Origin: Candidatus Omnitrophota bacterium
Lineage (GTDB): Bacteria > Omnitrophota > Gorgyraeia > Gygaellales > Profunditerraquicolaceae
Reading direction: 5' to 3'
Length of the DNA stretch: 64,000 bases
NCBI GenBank assembly: GCA_026387405.1
Contig: JAPLLV010000056.1
Span: forward strand, 25,765-89,764
Shown here: positions 26,805-37,231 of the stretch, piece after piece
Numbering within the stretch: position 1 is the first letter of the stretch
How the letters are laid out: each line of letters begins with the position of its first letter
Position numbers and translations under genes: made by a program
The notes under the pieces: model-generated
Told to the model about the DNA's origin: nothing
Seen by the model: only the letters and a program-made list of their open reading frames with translations
The model's database searches: none

Positions 26805-28793
26805 ATGGAAAAATTTAAACTAAAAAGCCCTTATAAGCCTTGCGGCGACCAGCCCAGGGCGATCAAGGAATTAACCGACTCTATCCTTTCCGGAAAAAAC
26901 CACCAGACCCTCATGGGAGTCACCGGCTCGGGCAAGACCTTTACCCTGGCAAACGCAATAGCTCAAGTAAATCTTCCCACGCTGGTAATCTCGCACAATA
27001 AGACCCTTGCCGCACAGCTCTATTCCGAATTCAAAGAATTCTTCCCGCATAACGCCGTAGAATATTTTGTCAGTTATTACGACTATTACCAACCGGAGGC
27101 ATATGTGCCTTCAACCGATACCTATATCGAAAAAGACTCCGCGATCAACGACAGGCTTGACCGGCTGCGCTTATCCTCAACCACAGCGCTTATGTCCCGC
27201 AGCGATGTTTTAATCGTGGCCTCGGTATCCTGTATTTACAACCTGGGCAGCCCGGAAGAATACCGGGATATGCTCCTAATTCTTGAGCGGGGAAAAGATT
27301 TTCCGCGCGATGAAATTATCAAACGCCTCATCCAGATCCAATACGAGCGCAATGACTACGAATTCATCCGCGGCAGGATCCGCGTGCGCGGAGATACGCT
27401 GGAGATTTTTCCCTCTTACGAAGAAAAAGCCCTGCGCATTGAGCTATTCTCTGACAGGATCGATAAAATATCCGAGATTGACCCGGTCTCCGGTAAAATC
27501 CTTTGTCCTTTGGAAAAAATTTCCATTTATCCGGCAAAACATTTTTTGGTAGGCCCTGAAAGAATTGAGGGAGCGGTTAAGGAAATCGAAGGGGAATTGC
27601 AGGAACAGCTCGCTCTCCTAAGGAGCAAGAATAAGCTCTTAGAAGCCCAGCGCCTGGAATCGCGCACGCGCTACGATATGGAGATGCTCAAAGAGATAGG
27701 CTATTGCCACGGAATAGAGAATTATTCCCGGATACTCTCCGGCAGGCCTGCCGGCTCGCGGCCGCATTGCCTCATCGATTACTTCCCGGATAAATTCCTC
27801 ACCATTATTGACGAATCCCATGCCACCGTCCCCCAGCTTAACGGCATGTACGCCGGAGATAAAGCCAGAAAAGAGATCCTGGTGGAATACGGTTTCAGGC
27901 TTCCGTCATGCCTGGATAACCGCCCATTAAGATTCAATGAATTCGAGGAACTGACACAGCAAGTGGTCTATGTCTCAGCCACCCCGGCAGATTATGAACT
28001 CAAGAAAAGCACTAATAAAATATTCGAACAGATCATCCGGCCCACAGGACTGGTAGACCCGGAGATCATCATCCGGCCCGTTGAAGGCCAAATAGACGAC
28101 CTCATCCGTGAGATCAAAGCGCGCGCCGCAAAGAACGAACGCATTTTAGTTACCACCCTCACCAAAAGAATGTCCGAAGACCTGACTACCTATTTACAAG
28201 AACAGGGTTTAAGGGTAAAATACATGCATTCGGAGATCCAGACTATCGAACGCTCAAAAATACTGCGGGACCTGCGCAAACAGGTCTTTGATTGCCTGGT
28301 GGGGATAAATCTGCTCCGGGAAGGCCTGGATCTGCCCGAGGTATCGCTGGTAGCTATCCTGGACGCGGATAAGGAAGGATTCCTGCGCTCCGCAACCTCC
28401 CTGATCCAGGTTGCCGGGCGCGCCGCGCGCAATATAAACGGCACGGTGATCATGTACGCGGATGTCCTCACCGGCTCCATAAAAAAGGCGGTCAGCGAAA
28501 GCAACCGGCGAAGAGATATCCAGATCGAATTTAACAAAAAGAATAAGATCACTCCGCGTTCCATACAAAAAGCGATTAGGGAAGGGATTGAAGGCCTGGA
28601 GGAAGCGGAAGAATTCGTCGCCAATTTAACCGGAGAACAAAGAGACGAGTACGAACTGCGTAAGTATATAGCAGAGAGGGAATACGAGATGGAACTGGCA
28701 GCCCGGAATTTACAGTTTGAGAAAGCCGCCGAGATACGGGATGAGATAAAAAAATTCAAGGGGACTGTCCCCGCAGATCGCCAACATAAGTAG
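26805..28793 (+). CDS. uvrB: Excinuclease ABC subunit B
   Basis: [35 protein letters not shown] coil. Confidence 0.97.
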   Translation: MEKFKLKSPYKPCGDQPRAIKELTDSILSGKNHQTLMGVTGSGKTFTLANAIAQVNLPTLVISHNKTLAAQLYSEFKEFFPHNAVEYFVSYYDYYQPEAYVPSTDTYIEKDSAINDRLDRLRLSSTTALMSRSDVLIVASVSCIYNLGSPEEYRDMLLILERGKDFPRDEIIKRLIQIQYERNDYEFIRGRIRVRGDTLEIFPSYEEKALRIELFSDRIDKISEIDPVSGKILCPLEKISIYPAKHFLVGPERIEGAVKEIEGELQEQLALLRSKNKLLEAQRLESRTRYDMEMLKEIGYCHGIENYSRILSGRPAGSRPHCLIDYFPDKFLTIIDESHATVPQLNGMYAGDKARKEILVEYGFRLPSCLDNRPLRFNEFEELTQQVVYVSATPADYELKKSTNKIFEQIIRPTGLVDPEIIIRPVEGQIDDLIREIKARAAKNERILVTTLTKRMSEDLTTYLQEQGLRVKYMHSEIQTIERSKILRDLRKQVFDCLVGINLLREGLDLPEVSLVAILDADKEGFLRSATSLIQVAGRAARNINGTVIMYADVLTGSIKKAVSESNRRRDIQIEFNKKNKITPRSIQKAIREGIEGLEEAEEFVANLTGEQRDEYELRKYIAEREYEMELAARNLQFEKAAEIRDEIKKFKGTVPADRQHK

Positions 28794-28813
28794 TCTTGGA
28801 GGGGACTGTCCCC
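28760..28813. repeat. Pair of GGGGACTGTCCCC palindromes (family R6)
   Basis: Identical 13-mers at 28760-28772 and 28801-28813; related GGGGACAGTTC at 29557. Confidence 0.75.
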
Positions 28814-29575
28814 ATGAAAACTATGCTTGCTATTGATATAGGCAATACCAATACCCATCTGGCACATTTCCGAAAGAACAGAATAATAAAAACGCTTACC
28901 TGCGCCACTAAAAGCAAGTTAAGCCAAGCCACTTTAAGAAAATTCTCTTCCCGATCAGAAAATGAAAACGCCATAGTTGTCAGCGTGGTTCCCGCAGCCA
29001 CAAGGGCTTTAGAGAAAGAATTACTGCGCCTCACAGGCAGGCGTCCATATATTATAGGTAAGAATATCAAAATCCCTATGCGCAGTCTATACCGCGATCC
29101 TCGTTCCCTGGGACAGGACCGGCTGGTAAATGCCTTTGCCGCAGCCGCGCTATATGGCGCTCCAGCGATTATAATCGGATTGGGAACAGCCGTTACTTTT
29201 GACGTGGTTTCAAAAGATAAACGCCACCTGGGAGGCATGATCCTGCCGGGATTAGAGCTTTCTTTAGGCGCACTCTCTAAACATACCGCGCTTTTACCCA
29301 GGGTAATACTGGAGGATCCAAAAGAACTTTTGGGCCGGGACACAAAAAACAGTATCTTGAGCGGCATAGTTCATGGTTATGCCGGGCTTTGCGACGCACT
29401 GACGCGTAAAATAAAAGCTAAGATTGGCACAAACGCCGTGGTCATCGCAACAGGCGGAAACGCAAGACTAATAAGCAAATATTCTAAAGAGATCAAGATA
29501 GTTGACCCAAAACTTACCTTAAAAGGGATAAATATTATCTACAACTCCCGTAAAAGGGGGACAGTTCTATCATAA
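28814..29575 (+). CDS. coaX: Type III pantothenate kinase
   Basis: IDIGNT, SVVP, LGQDR, GTAVTFD, GGMILPG, ATGG. Confidence 0.93.
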   Translation: MKTMLAIDIGNTNTHLAHFRKNRIIKTLTCATKSKLSQATLRKFSSRSENENAIVVSVVPAATRALEKELLRLTGRRPYIIGKNIKIPMRSLYRDPRSLGQDRLVNAFAAAALYGAPAIIIGLGTAVTFDVVSKDKRHLGGMILPGLELSLGALSKHTALLPRVILEDPKELLGRDTKNSILSGIVHGYAGLCDALTRKIKAKIGTNAVVIATGGNARLISKYSKEIKIVDPKLTLKGINIIYNSRKRGTVLS

Positions 29576-29733
29576 CCCCTTTATTATCAAAGAGCTATCT
29601 AGAAACGGTCTGCCGGAAAGCGGTTTCTCTAAACCCCAGAAATACCCTTGAAAATCACCGATTATTAATCCATACTTTTAATGTAAAATTATAATTTTGA
29701 CAATCTGTAAATTTGAACACTACCTAGTGTCAA

Positions 29734-30153
29734 ATGGAGAGCCTAGACGACCATAAAGACAGAAGAACATTCCTGCGCATCGGAACAAATATCCCCCTGA
29801 CATTCCTTAAACAAAGATCCGATAAACCATTTTCCGCCCAAATAAGCGACATCAGCGCAAACGGGATCGGCCTGACCTCAAACCAAAAGATGTCCTGCCA
29901 AACCCCGCTTAAGCTGATCGTAAATATCCCCAACGACGGCCCGTTCTGCGCCGAAGGAGAAGTGGCCTGGATAAAGAAAATAAGGTTTCATAAATACCGC
30001 ATCGGCATAACCTTAACAAAGATCAATCTGCTGGGGATAGCACGCGTATTAAATTTTGCTAAGACCATACCTGAACCTTTACCCGAAGAAATATACGACT
30101 ACCGTCCGTCCTTGCTGCGCTGGTTTAAGAAACCCGGCTTAGCCATACCTTAG
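29734..30153 (+). CDS. PilZ domain protein
   Basis: DRRTFLR, DISANG. Confidence 0.78.
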   Translation: MESLDDHKDRRTFLRIGTNIPLTFLKQRSDKPFSAQISDISANGIGLTSNQKMSCQTPLKLIVNIPNDGPFCAEGEVAWIKKIRFHKYRIGITLTKINLLGIARVLNFAKTIPEPLPEEIYDYRPSLLRWFKKPGLAIP

Positions 30154-30180
30154 CTTCCTACCAGATAATCAAAAAAAATC

Positions 30181-30208
30181 TTGACAAAAACCTATTTTAA
30201 TTTATAAT
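30181..30208 (+). promoter_or_regulatory. Sigma-70-type promoter of groESL
   Basis: TTGACA-N16-TATAAT. Confidence 0.7.
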
Positions 30209-30234
30209 TGGCACTCCGAGTACAAGAGTGCCAA
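30208..30234. promoter_or_regulatory. CIRCE operator (HrcA site)
   Basis: TTGGCACTC-N9-GAGTGCCAA upstream of groES. Confidence 0.92.
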
Positions 30235-30252
30235 TTTATTAATATTATTAGA

Positions 30253-30357
30253 CACCCCGCGCTAAGAAGTCATCTGGCCCTAGGCACCCGGCGCTTATTT
30301 GAATTGCGCCGGTGTTCCCTCGTGGGGAATTTGCGCGGGTGTTGTCCTGGTGGACAA
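30253..30357 (+). repeat. Two-hairpin element family R2, nested, in the groES leader
   Basis: Outer CAC(C)CCGCGC/GCGCGGGTG + TTGTCC/GGACAA; inner CAC(C)CGGCGC/GCGCCGGTG + TTCCC/GGGAA. Confidence 0.78.
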
Positions 30358-30371
30358 GGAGGTGTAAAAAA

Positions 30372-30662
30372 ATGGACATCAAACCATTAGGAGACAGGGT
30401 GGTCATTCAGCCCTTAGAGGCAGAGAATAAGACCAAGGGAGGCATTGTCTTACCTGATACGGCTAAGGAAAAACCTCAAGAGGGAAAGGTCGTGGCAATA
30501 GGCAAAGGCAAGATACTGGACAGCGGAGCCGTTCAGGCATTGGAAGTCAAGGTAGGAGACAAGGTGCTTTACGGAAAGTATTCCGGAAACGAGATTACCA
30601 CCAAAGAAGGCCAGGAACTTTTGATCATGCGCGAAGAAGACATCTTGGCAATCATTAAGTAG
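30372..30662 (+). CDS. groES: Co-chaperonin GroES
   Basis: [25 protein letters not shown]; AAGGAGGTG RBS. Confidence 0.97.
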   Translation: MDIKPLGDRVVIQPLEAENKTKGGIVLPDTAKEKPQEGKVVAIGKGKILDSGAVQALEVKVGDKVLYGKYSGNEITTKEGQELLIMREEDILAIIK

Positions 30663-30667
30663 CAACC

Positions 30668-30740
30668 AGTTCTCGACTCGCAGCAAATTTATTCTTCGAG
30701 CTTGTCGAGAAGATAAATTTGCTGGCTCGCTCGAACAATA
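30668..30740. repeat. Palindromic repeat family R1
   Basis: GTTCTCGACTCG CAGCAAATTTAT TCTTCGAGCTTGTCGAGAAG ATAAATTTGCTG GCTCGCTCGAACAATA. Confidence 0.85.
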
Positions 30741-30770
30741 TTCTTTAAAAGATTCGAGTCTGAAAGTTAA

Positions 30771-32429
<1,659 letters not shown>

Positions 32430-32459
32430 TCGTTAGTCGTTGGTCGTTGGTTGATAGTC

Positions 32460-32497
32460 AAAAAAAGGGGGGCACAGGAAAGTGCTCCCCTTTTTTT
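32460..32497 (+). terminator. Intrinsic terminator after groEL
   Basis: A-run GGGGGGCAC-AGGAAA-GTGCTCCCC T-run. Confidence 0.8.
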
Positions 32498-32543
32498 AAA
32501 AATAATACTTGACAAAAAGCAAAAAAAATATAAAATCAAATCA

Positions 32544-33500
32544 ATGAAAAGGTTAATCCTAATAGGAGTTACTCTTAGTATTCTTTTTTGGACAACACTT
32601 TTTGCTGCCTCGCGCAGCGAAGCCATAGAAAATACACTTCTGGCTGCAAATCTTCAGAATTCTCCTCCTCTACAAAAAGGATCCCCCGAAGAAACATCAA
32701 CGAATATACCTGACTGGATCAAGCGCACCAACTTCAATATCCAGGCGGGTACTGATCAAAGACCCAGATATTTCCTGGAGACCGTCCAACCGCTTCTAGG
32801 GACCCAAGAAAAAGATATCGTAATCTTTAATCAATTAAGGATATCCAGCAGCAGCGAGCGCCCTACCTATAATATCGGCCTGGGCTTACGCAAGATTTTT
32901 GCCGAAAAATACCTTTTAGGAATAAACAGCTTTTATGATTATCAAGACCTGCATCAACACAGCCGCGGGGGCGTGGGCTTCGAGGTAATCACGGATAAGG
33001 GCTTTGAGTCGCGCTTAAATACCTATATCAGGATATCCGGTAGGCGGCAAATAGCGGAAGACTCTGCCAATATTTATTACGAAAAGGTGGCCAATGGCTT
33101 TGATTGGGAAGAAGGTATTCCCTTGCCGTATCTACCGCAATTAAAGGTGTACGGCGGAGGTTATTGGTATAATTTTGAGCATTTCAAGAATAAATACGGT
33201 TGGAAGAGCAGATTAGAATACACCCCCTTTAAATATTCTAAGATAAATTTTGAGGTTTTTGACGATACTAAGAGGACCAGAATGGGATACCGCATTGAAG
33301 GAGCGATCTCTCTGGCATTTACCTCCTTTAGCCTCAAAGACCTAAAAGAGGACTTCATCTCCAAACAAGAAGCCTATCCTAAAGTAAATCTACGAGATAA
33401 GGTATTGGACGGGGTAGTCAGGGATTTTAATATCACGGTAATAACATCTACCAAGGCAAAAGGGACAGGGCTGACAGTTGAGGGAGGAAAGAGTGGATAG
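32544..33500 (+). CDS. Inverse autotransporter (intimin/invasin-type) beta-barrel protein without passenger
   Basis: Signal peptide; ETVQPL, NIGLGLR, GINSFYD, RGGVGFE, N.Y, GFD.E, V.R...I motifs. Confidence 0.75.
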   Translation: MKRLILIGVTLSILFWTTLFAASRSEAIENTLLAANLQNSPPLQKGSPEETSTNIPDWIKRTNFNIQAGTDQRPRYFLETVQPLLGTQEKDIVIFNQLRISSSSERPTYNIGLGLRKIFAEKYLLGINSFYDYQDLHQHSRGGVGFEVITDKGFESRLNTYIRISGRRQIAEDSANIYYEKVANGFDWEEGIPLPYLPQLKVYGGGYWYNFEHFKNKYGWKSRLEYTPFKYSKINFEVFDDTKRTRMGYRIEGAISLAFTSFSLKDLKEDFISKQEAYPKVNLRDKVLDGVVRDFNITVITSTKAKGTGLTVEGGKSG

Positions 33501-34080
33501 CAGGGCGCGCTTTTCTCTTATATTTATAGTACTTTCGCTTCTAGCAATATCTGCTTTTAGCCCCGTGGCTTTTGCCGCCAATCCCACCGGACCCGCATCT
33601 TACTATTTAGTACGTATTACCAAATTCGAGCTTTGGAACGGAACGGAATGGATAACTGCATTTAGCGGCACATCAGACGGCCTGAATATTGCTGCGGCAA
33701 GCGATACGAGTTCTTCGGTAGGAAATTTCTTATCGGGAATAGCTGTTCCGGACGGAACTTATACCAGCTCCAGGGTAACTCCTTCCGGGACATTTGTCTT
33801 TAGCGGGAATGACGGCGCCGGCAATTATACTACCGCTAACATAGGAGCCGGGGCGGGAGTGCACGGCAGTACCCCTACCACTAATGCAGCCCTGGAAGCA
33901 CAGTGCACTATCACTGTTACGGCTGGTGCACAAGAGAAGGCCCTTTCACCTTCTATTGTGGTGAAAGACGGAACCCCTAATCATAGAGTTCGGGTAAAAT
34001 TCAACCTCTCTAACGCCATTGAGAATATTAGCGGCGAACTCTTTCCTGCCGCGCCCGCGGTATCGGTTTCAGTAATATAG
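33493..34080 (+). CDS. Secreted beta-rich hypothetical protein (DUF4382-like pattern)
   Basis: Signal peptide ending AFA-A; ITKFELW, PDGTYTSSRV; GTG start after GGAGG. Confidence 0.6.
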   Translation: MDSRARFSLIFIVLSLLAISAFSPVAFAANPTGPASYYLVRITKFELWNGTEWITAFSGTSDGLNIAAASDTSSSVGNFLSGIAVPDGTYTSSRVTPSGTFVFSGNDGAGNYTTANIGAGAGVHGSTPTTNAALEAQCTITVTAGAQEKALSPSIVVKDGTPNHRVRVKFNLSNAIENISGELFPAAPAVSVSVI

Positions 34081-34123
34081 TCAAACCTTCCTATTTTTAA
34101 GCCTTCCCGCTCTAAAATAAGCA

Positions 34124-34152
34124 TTGACAAAAAAGCATTATTAGTGTAAAAT
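34124..34152 (+). promoter_or_regulatory. Sigma-70-type promoter of guaB3-guaA
   Basis: TTGACA-N17-TAAAAT. Confidence 0.65.
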
Positions 34153-34223
34153 TCAATATCTATTTTGTCGATATCAGACCTACCGGAAAATTCTGTATTT
34201 ATTTGATAAATAAGAGGTTGCGG

Positions 34224-34314
34224 ACACTTGGGCCAGATAGGGCACCCGGCGCTTATTTGAATTGCGCCGGTGTCCCCCCCGTGGGGAATTGAGCCAGTGT
34301 TAACTTACTGTTAA
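34224..34314 (+). repeat. Two-hairpin element family R2, nested, in the guaB leader
   Basis: Inner 33 nt GGCACCCGGCGCTTATTTGAATTGCGCCGGTGT identical to the groES copy; outer ACACT..GGC/GCCAGTGT + TAAC/GTTA. Confidence 0.78.
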
Positions 34315-34326
34315 GGAGTAGATCAC

Positions 34327-35487
34327 ATGGCAGAGTGGATAGGTATAGGAAAACGCGGCAGAAGGTGCTACGGGTTTGACGAAGTAGCGCTGGTGCCGGG
34401 AGCGCAGACGGTTAACCCGGCTGAGGTTGATACCAGCTTTAAGATCAATGGGAAGAGATTCGAGATCCCTATTCTGGCAGCAGCCATGGACGGGGTTGTA
34501 GATGTAAAATTTGCCGTGGAGATGTCCAAGCTAGGGGGAATCGCGGTCTTAAACCTCGACGGCGTGCAGACCCGCTATGAAAATCCCGATGCCGTGCTGG
34601 AAAAAATCTCCAAGGCCAACCCTCAAGAAGCCACTACGCTGATACAGTCAATTTACACCACTCCCATAAAGGAAAAACTGGTGGGAAAGAGGGTAAAAGA
34701 GATAAAAGCCAAAAAAGGCACTGCCGTAGTCAGTTGTATCCCGGCCAACGCGGAAAAATTCGCTAAGCTCGCGGTAAACGCGGGAGCTGACATATTTGTT
34801 ATCCAATCCACGGTCACCACTACCAAACACATATCCCATCAATATAAAAGCCTGGATTTATTTAAGTTCTGTAAAAAAACACCTATTCCTGTCATTCTCG
34901 GCAACTGCGTAACATATGAAACTACCCTTGAATTGATGGATACAGGTTGCGCCGGACTACTCATTGGTATCGGACCGGGGGCTGCCTGCACTACCCGCGG
35001 AGTCTTAGGAATAGGCGTGCCGCAGGTCACTGCAACTGTAGACGCGGCCGCAGCCCGAGATTTTCATTTTAAACGCAGTGGAAAATACGTGCCTATTATT
35101 ACTGACGGCGGAATGAACCGAGGCGGAGACATCTGCAAGGCCTTTGCTTCAGGAAGTGACGCGGTAATGATCGGCTCCAGCTTTGCCCGGGCAAAAGAGG
35201 CTCCGGGAAGAGGATATCACTGGGGCATGGCTACCTCCCACATGAACCTTCCCCGCGGCACCCGTATTTACGTAGGCTCAACCGGCTCCTTAAAAGAGAT
35301 CTTATTCGGGCCGGCAAAAGTAGATGACGGTTCGCAAAACCTTATGGGCGCTTTAAAGACATCCATGGGGTCCTTAGGGGCGCAAAATATCAAAGAGATG
35401 CAAAACGTCGAGATCATCATCGCGCCTTCAATCCAGACCGAAGGAAAAATCTTCCAGGTAGGACAAAGGGTAGGAATGGGAAAATAG
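34327..35487 (+). CDS. guaB: IMP dehydrogenase family protein (GuaB3-type)
   Basis: YGFDEVALVP, AAMDGV, GIGPGAACTTR, DGG, WGMA; no CBS domains; precedes guaA. Confidence 0.85.
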   Translation: MAEWIGIGKRGRRCYGFDEVALVPGAQTVNPAEVDTSFKINGKRFEIPILAAAMDGVVDVKFAVEMSKLGGIAVLNLDGVQTRYENPDAVLEKISKANPQEATTLIQSIYTTPIKEKLVGKRVKEIKAKKGTAVVSCIPANAEKFAKLAVNAGADIFVIQSTVTTTKHISHQYKSLDLFKFCKKTPIPVILGNCVTYETTLELMDTGCAGLLIGIGPGAACTTRGVLGIGVPQVTATVDAAAARDFHFKRSGKYVPIITDGGMNRGGDICKAFASGSDAVMIGSSFARAKEAPGRGYHWGMATSHMNLPRGTRIYVGSTGSLKEILFGPAKVDDGSQNLMGALKTSMGSLGAQNIKEMQNVEIIIAPSIQTEGKIFQVGQRVGMGK

Positions 35488-35528
35488 CACGTAGCAAATG
35501 GCTAATGGCAAATAGAAGGAAGGTATAA

Positions 35529-37070
35529 ATGACGAGGCATACGATTTTAATCTTAGATTTCGGTTCGCAATACACGCAGTTGATCGCCAGGCGCGTGCGG
35601 GAGAACAAAGTTTTCTCGCGCATTATCCCGTACAACACCCCGGCAAAAGAGATCGCCGCCATGGGTCCCAAAGGCCTGATCTTATCCGGAGGCCCGGCGT
35701 CTGCCATCACTAAAAAGAGCCCTTACCCGGATAAGGGAATATTCAAACTTGGGATCCCCATCCTGGGTATATGCTATGGCATGCAGGTGATCAGCGAAAT
35801 GTGCGGCGGTAAAGTCAGGCATACCAAGGAGCGCGAATTCGGCAAGACCGAATTATTCATAGATGATAACCGCGACCTCTTCAGCCATATGCCGGGAAAC
35901 CTGACCTGCTGGGCCAGCCACGGGGACTACGTAAATAAACTTCCTCCGGGATTCCATATTTCGGCGCACACCTTGAACGCTCCTATCGCCGCGATGTCTA
36001 ACCGCAATAAAAAGCTCTACGGCGTGCAATTCCATCCCGAGGTTACCCATACGGACAAAGGGAACCAGGTACTGGCAAACTTTTTATTTAAGATCTGCGG
36101 CGCATTAAGCCGCTGGACCATGCAATCATTCATCAAGGAAAGCATAGAAAATATCAAAAAAACCCTGGGTAAAAACAAGGTAGTGCTGGGCCTAAGCGGC
36201 GGGGTAGACTCCTCGGTAGCCGCGCTCTTAATCCACAAGGCCATAGGGAAGAATCTGCGCTGCATCTTTATAGATAACGGGGTGATGAGAAAAGACGAGC
36301 CCCAACAGGTAAAAAGCGTCTTTCGCGGGATGTATCACTTGAACCTGGACTATGTGGACCGCAGTAAACGCTTCCTGGAACGCCTAAGAGGCATTACTGA
36401 CCCCGAGCAAAAACGGAAGATCATCGGGTACGAGTTTGTCAAGGTATTCGAAGAAGAAGCGCACAAACTAAGAGGGGTAAAATACCTCGGCCAGGGGACG
36501 CTTTATCCGGACGTAATCGAATCCTCTTCGCCAACCGGCGCGCCTTCCTGCCGCATTAAAAGCCATCACAACGTCGGCGGCCTGCCGGAACATATGAAAT
36601 TGAAGCTGATCGAGCCGCTGCGCGACCTATTTAAAGATGAGGTGCGGCAGATCGGCAAAGAACTCGGCCTCCCCAGCGAGATAATCCTGCGCCAGCCTTT
36701 TCCGGGTCCGGGCCTGGCGATCAGGATCATCGGAGAGGTAACCAGAGAACGGCTGGAACTTCTGCGCGAAGTCGACCGCAGGGTCATCGAAGAGATCAGG
36801 GTTGCCGGACTCTATGAGCAGATCTGGCAATCCTTTGCCGTCTTGTTACCCATAAAAAGTGTGGGGGTTATGGGAGATGAACGCACTTACGAGAATACGA
36901 TAGCATTGCGCTGCGTCACCAGCCTTGACGGGATGACTGCGGACTGGGCAAAGATACCTTACGAGATCCTGGAAAAAATATCCAATCGTATTATCAACGA
37001 AGTAAAAGGAGTAAACCGCGTAGTCTACGATATCAGCTCCAAGCCTCCCGCGACTATTGAGTGGGAATAA
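35529..37070 (+). CDS. guaA: GMP synthase (glutamine-hydrolysing)
   Basis: [31 protein letters not shown]. Confidence 0.97.
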   Translation: MTRHTILILDFGSQYTQLIARRVRENKVFSRIIPYNTPAKEIAAMGPKGLILSGGPASAITKKSPYPDKGIFKLGIPILGICYGMQVISEMCGGKVRHTKEREFGKTELFIDDNRDLFSHMPGNLTCWASHGDYVNKLPPGFHISAHTLNAPIAAMSNRNKKLYGVQFHPEVTHTDKGNQVLANFLFKICGALSRWTMQSFIKESIENIKKTLGKNKVVLGLSGGVDSSVAALLIHKAIGKNLRCIFIDNGVMRKDEPQQVKSVFRGMYHLNLDYVDRSKRFLERLRGITDPEQKRKIIGYEFVKVFEEEAHKLRGVKYLGQGTLYPDVIESSSPTGAPSCRIKSHHNVGGLPEHMKLKLIEPLRDLFKDEVRQIGKELGLPSEIILRQPFPGPGLAIRIIGEVTRERLELLREVDRRVIEEIRVAGLYEQIWQSFAVLLPIKSVGVMGDERTYENTIALRCVTSLDGMTADWAKIPYEILEKISNRIINEVKGVNRVVYDISSKPPATIEWE

Positions 37071-37231
37071 ATTAGCAAATAGCACGTGGCGAATAGCAAA
37101 TAGCCATAACACAATCTTTCTGATAAATTTATAAATTTTTTATTTTTGCTTTCCGTGCTAGCGTCCTAAGCTTTACGCTATTAGCCATTTGCCATACGCT
37201 ATTAGCCATTTGCTATTAGCCATAAGCCATC
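37070..37231. repeat. Convergent heptamer arrays between guaA and dnaE
   Basis: TAGCAAA TAGCACG TGGCGAA TAGCAAA ... TACGCTA TTAGCCA TTTGCCA TACGCTA TTAGCCA TTTGCTA TTAGCCA TAAGCCA. Confidence 0.8.

Noticed and set aside
34160-34320. Purine riboswitch upstream of guaB-guaA
   Set aside because: No purine aptamer consensus seen; the structure is explained by the R2 element also present before groES
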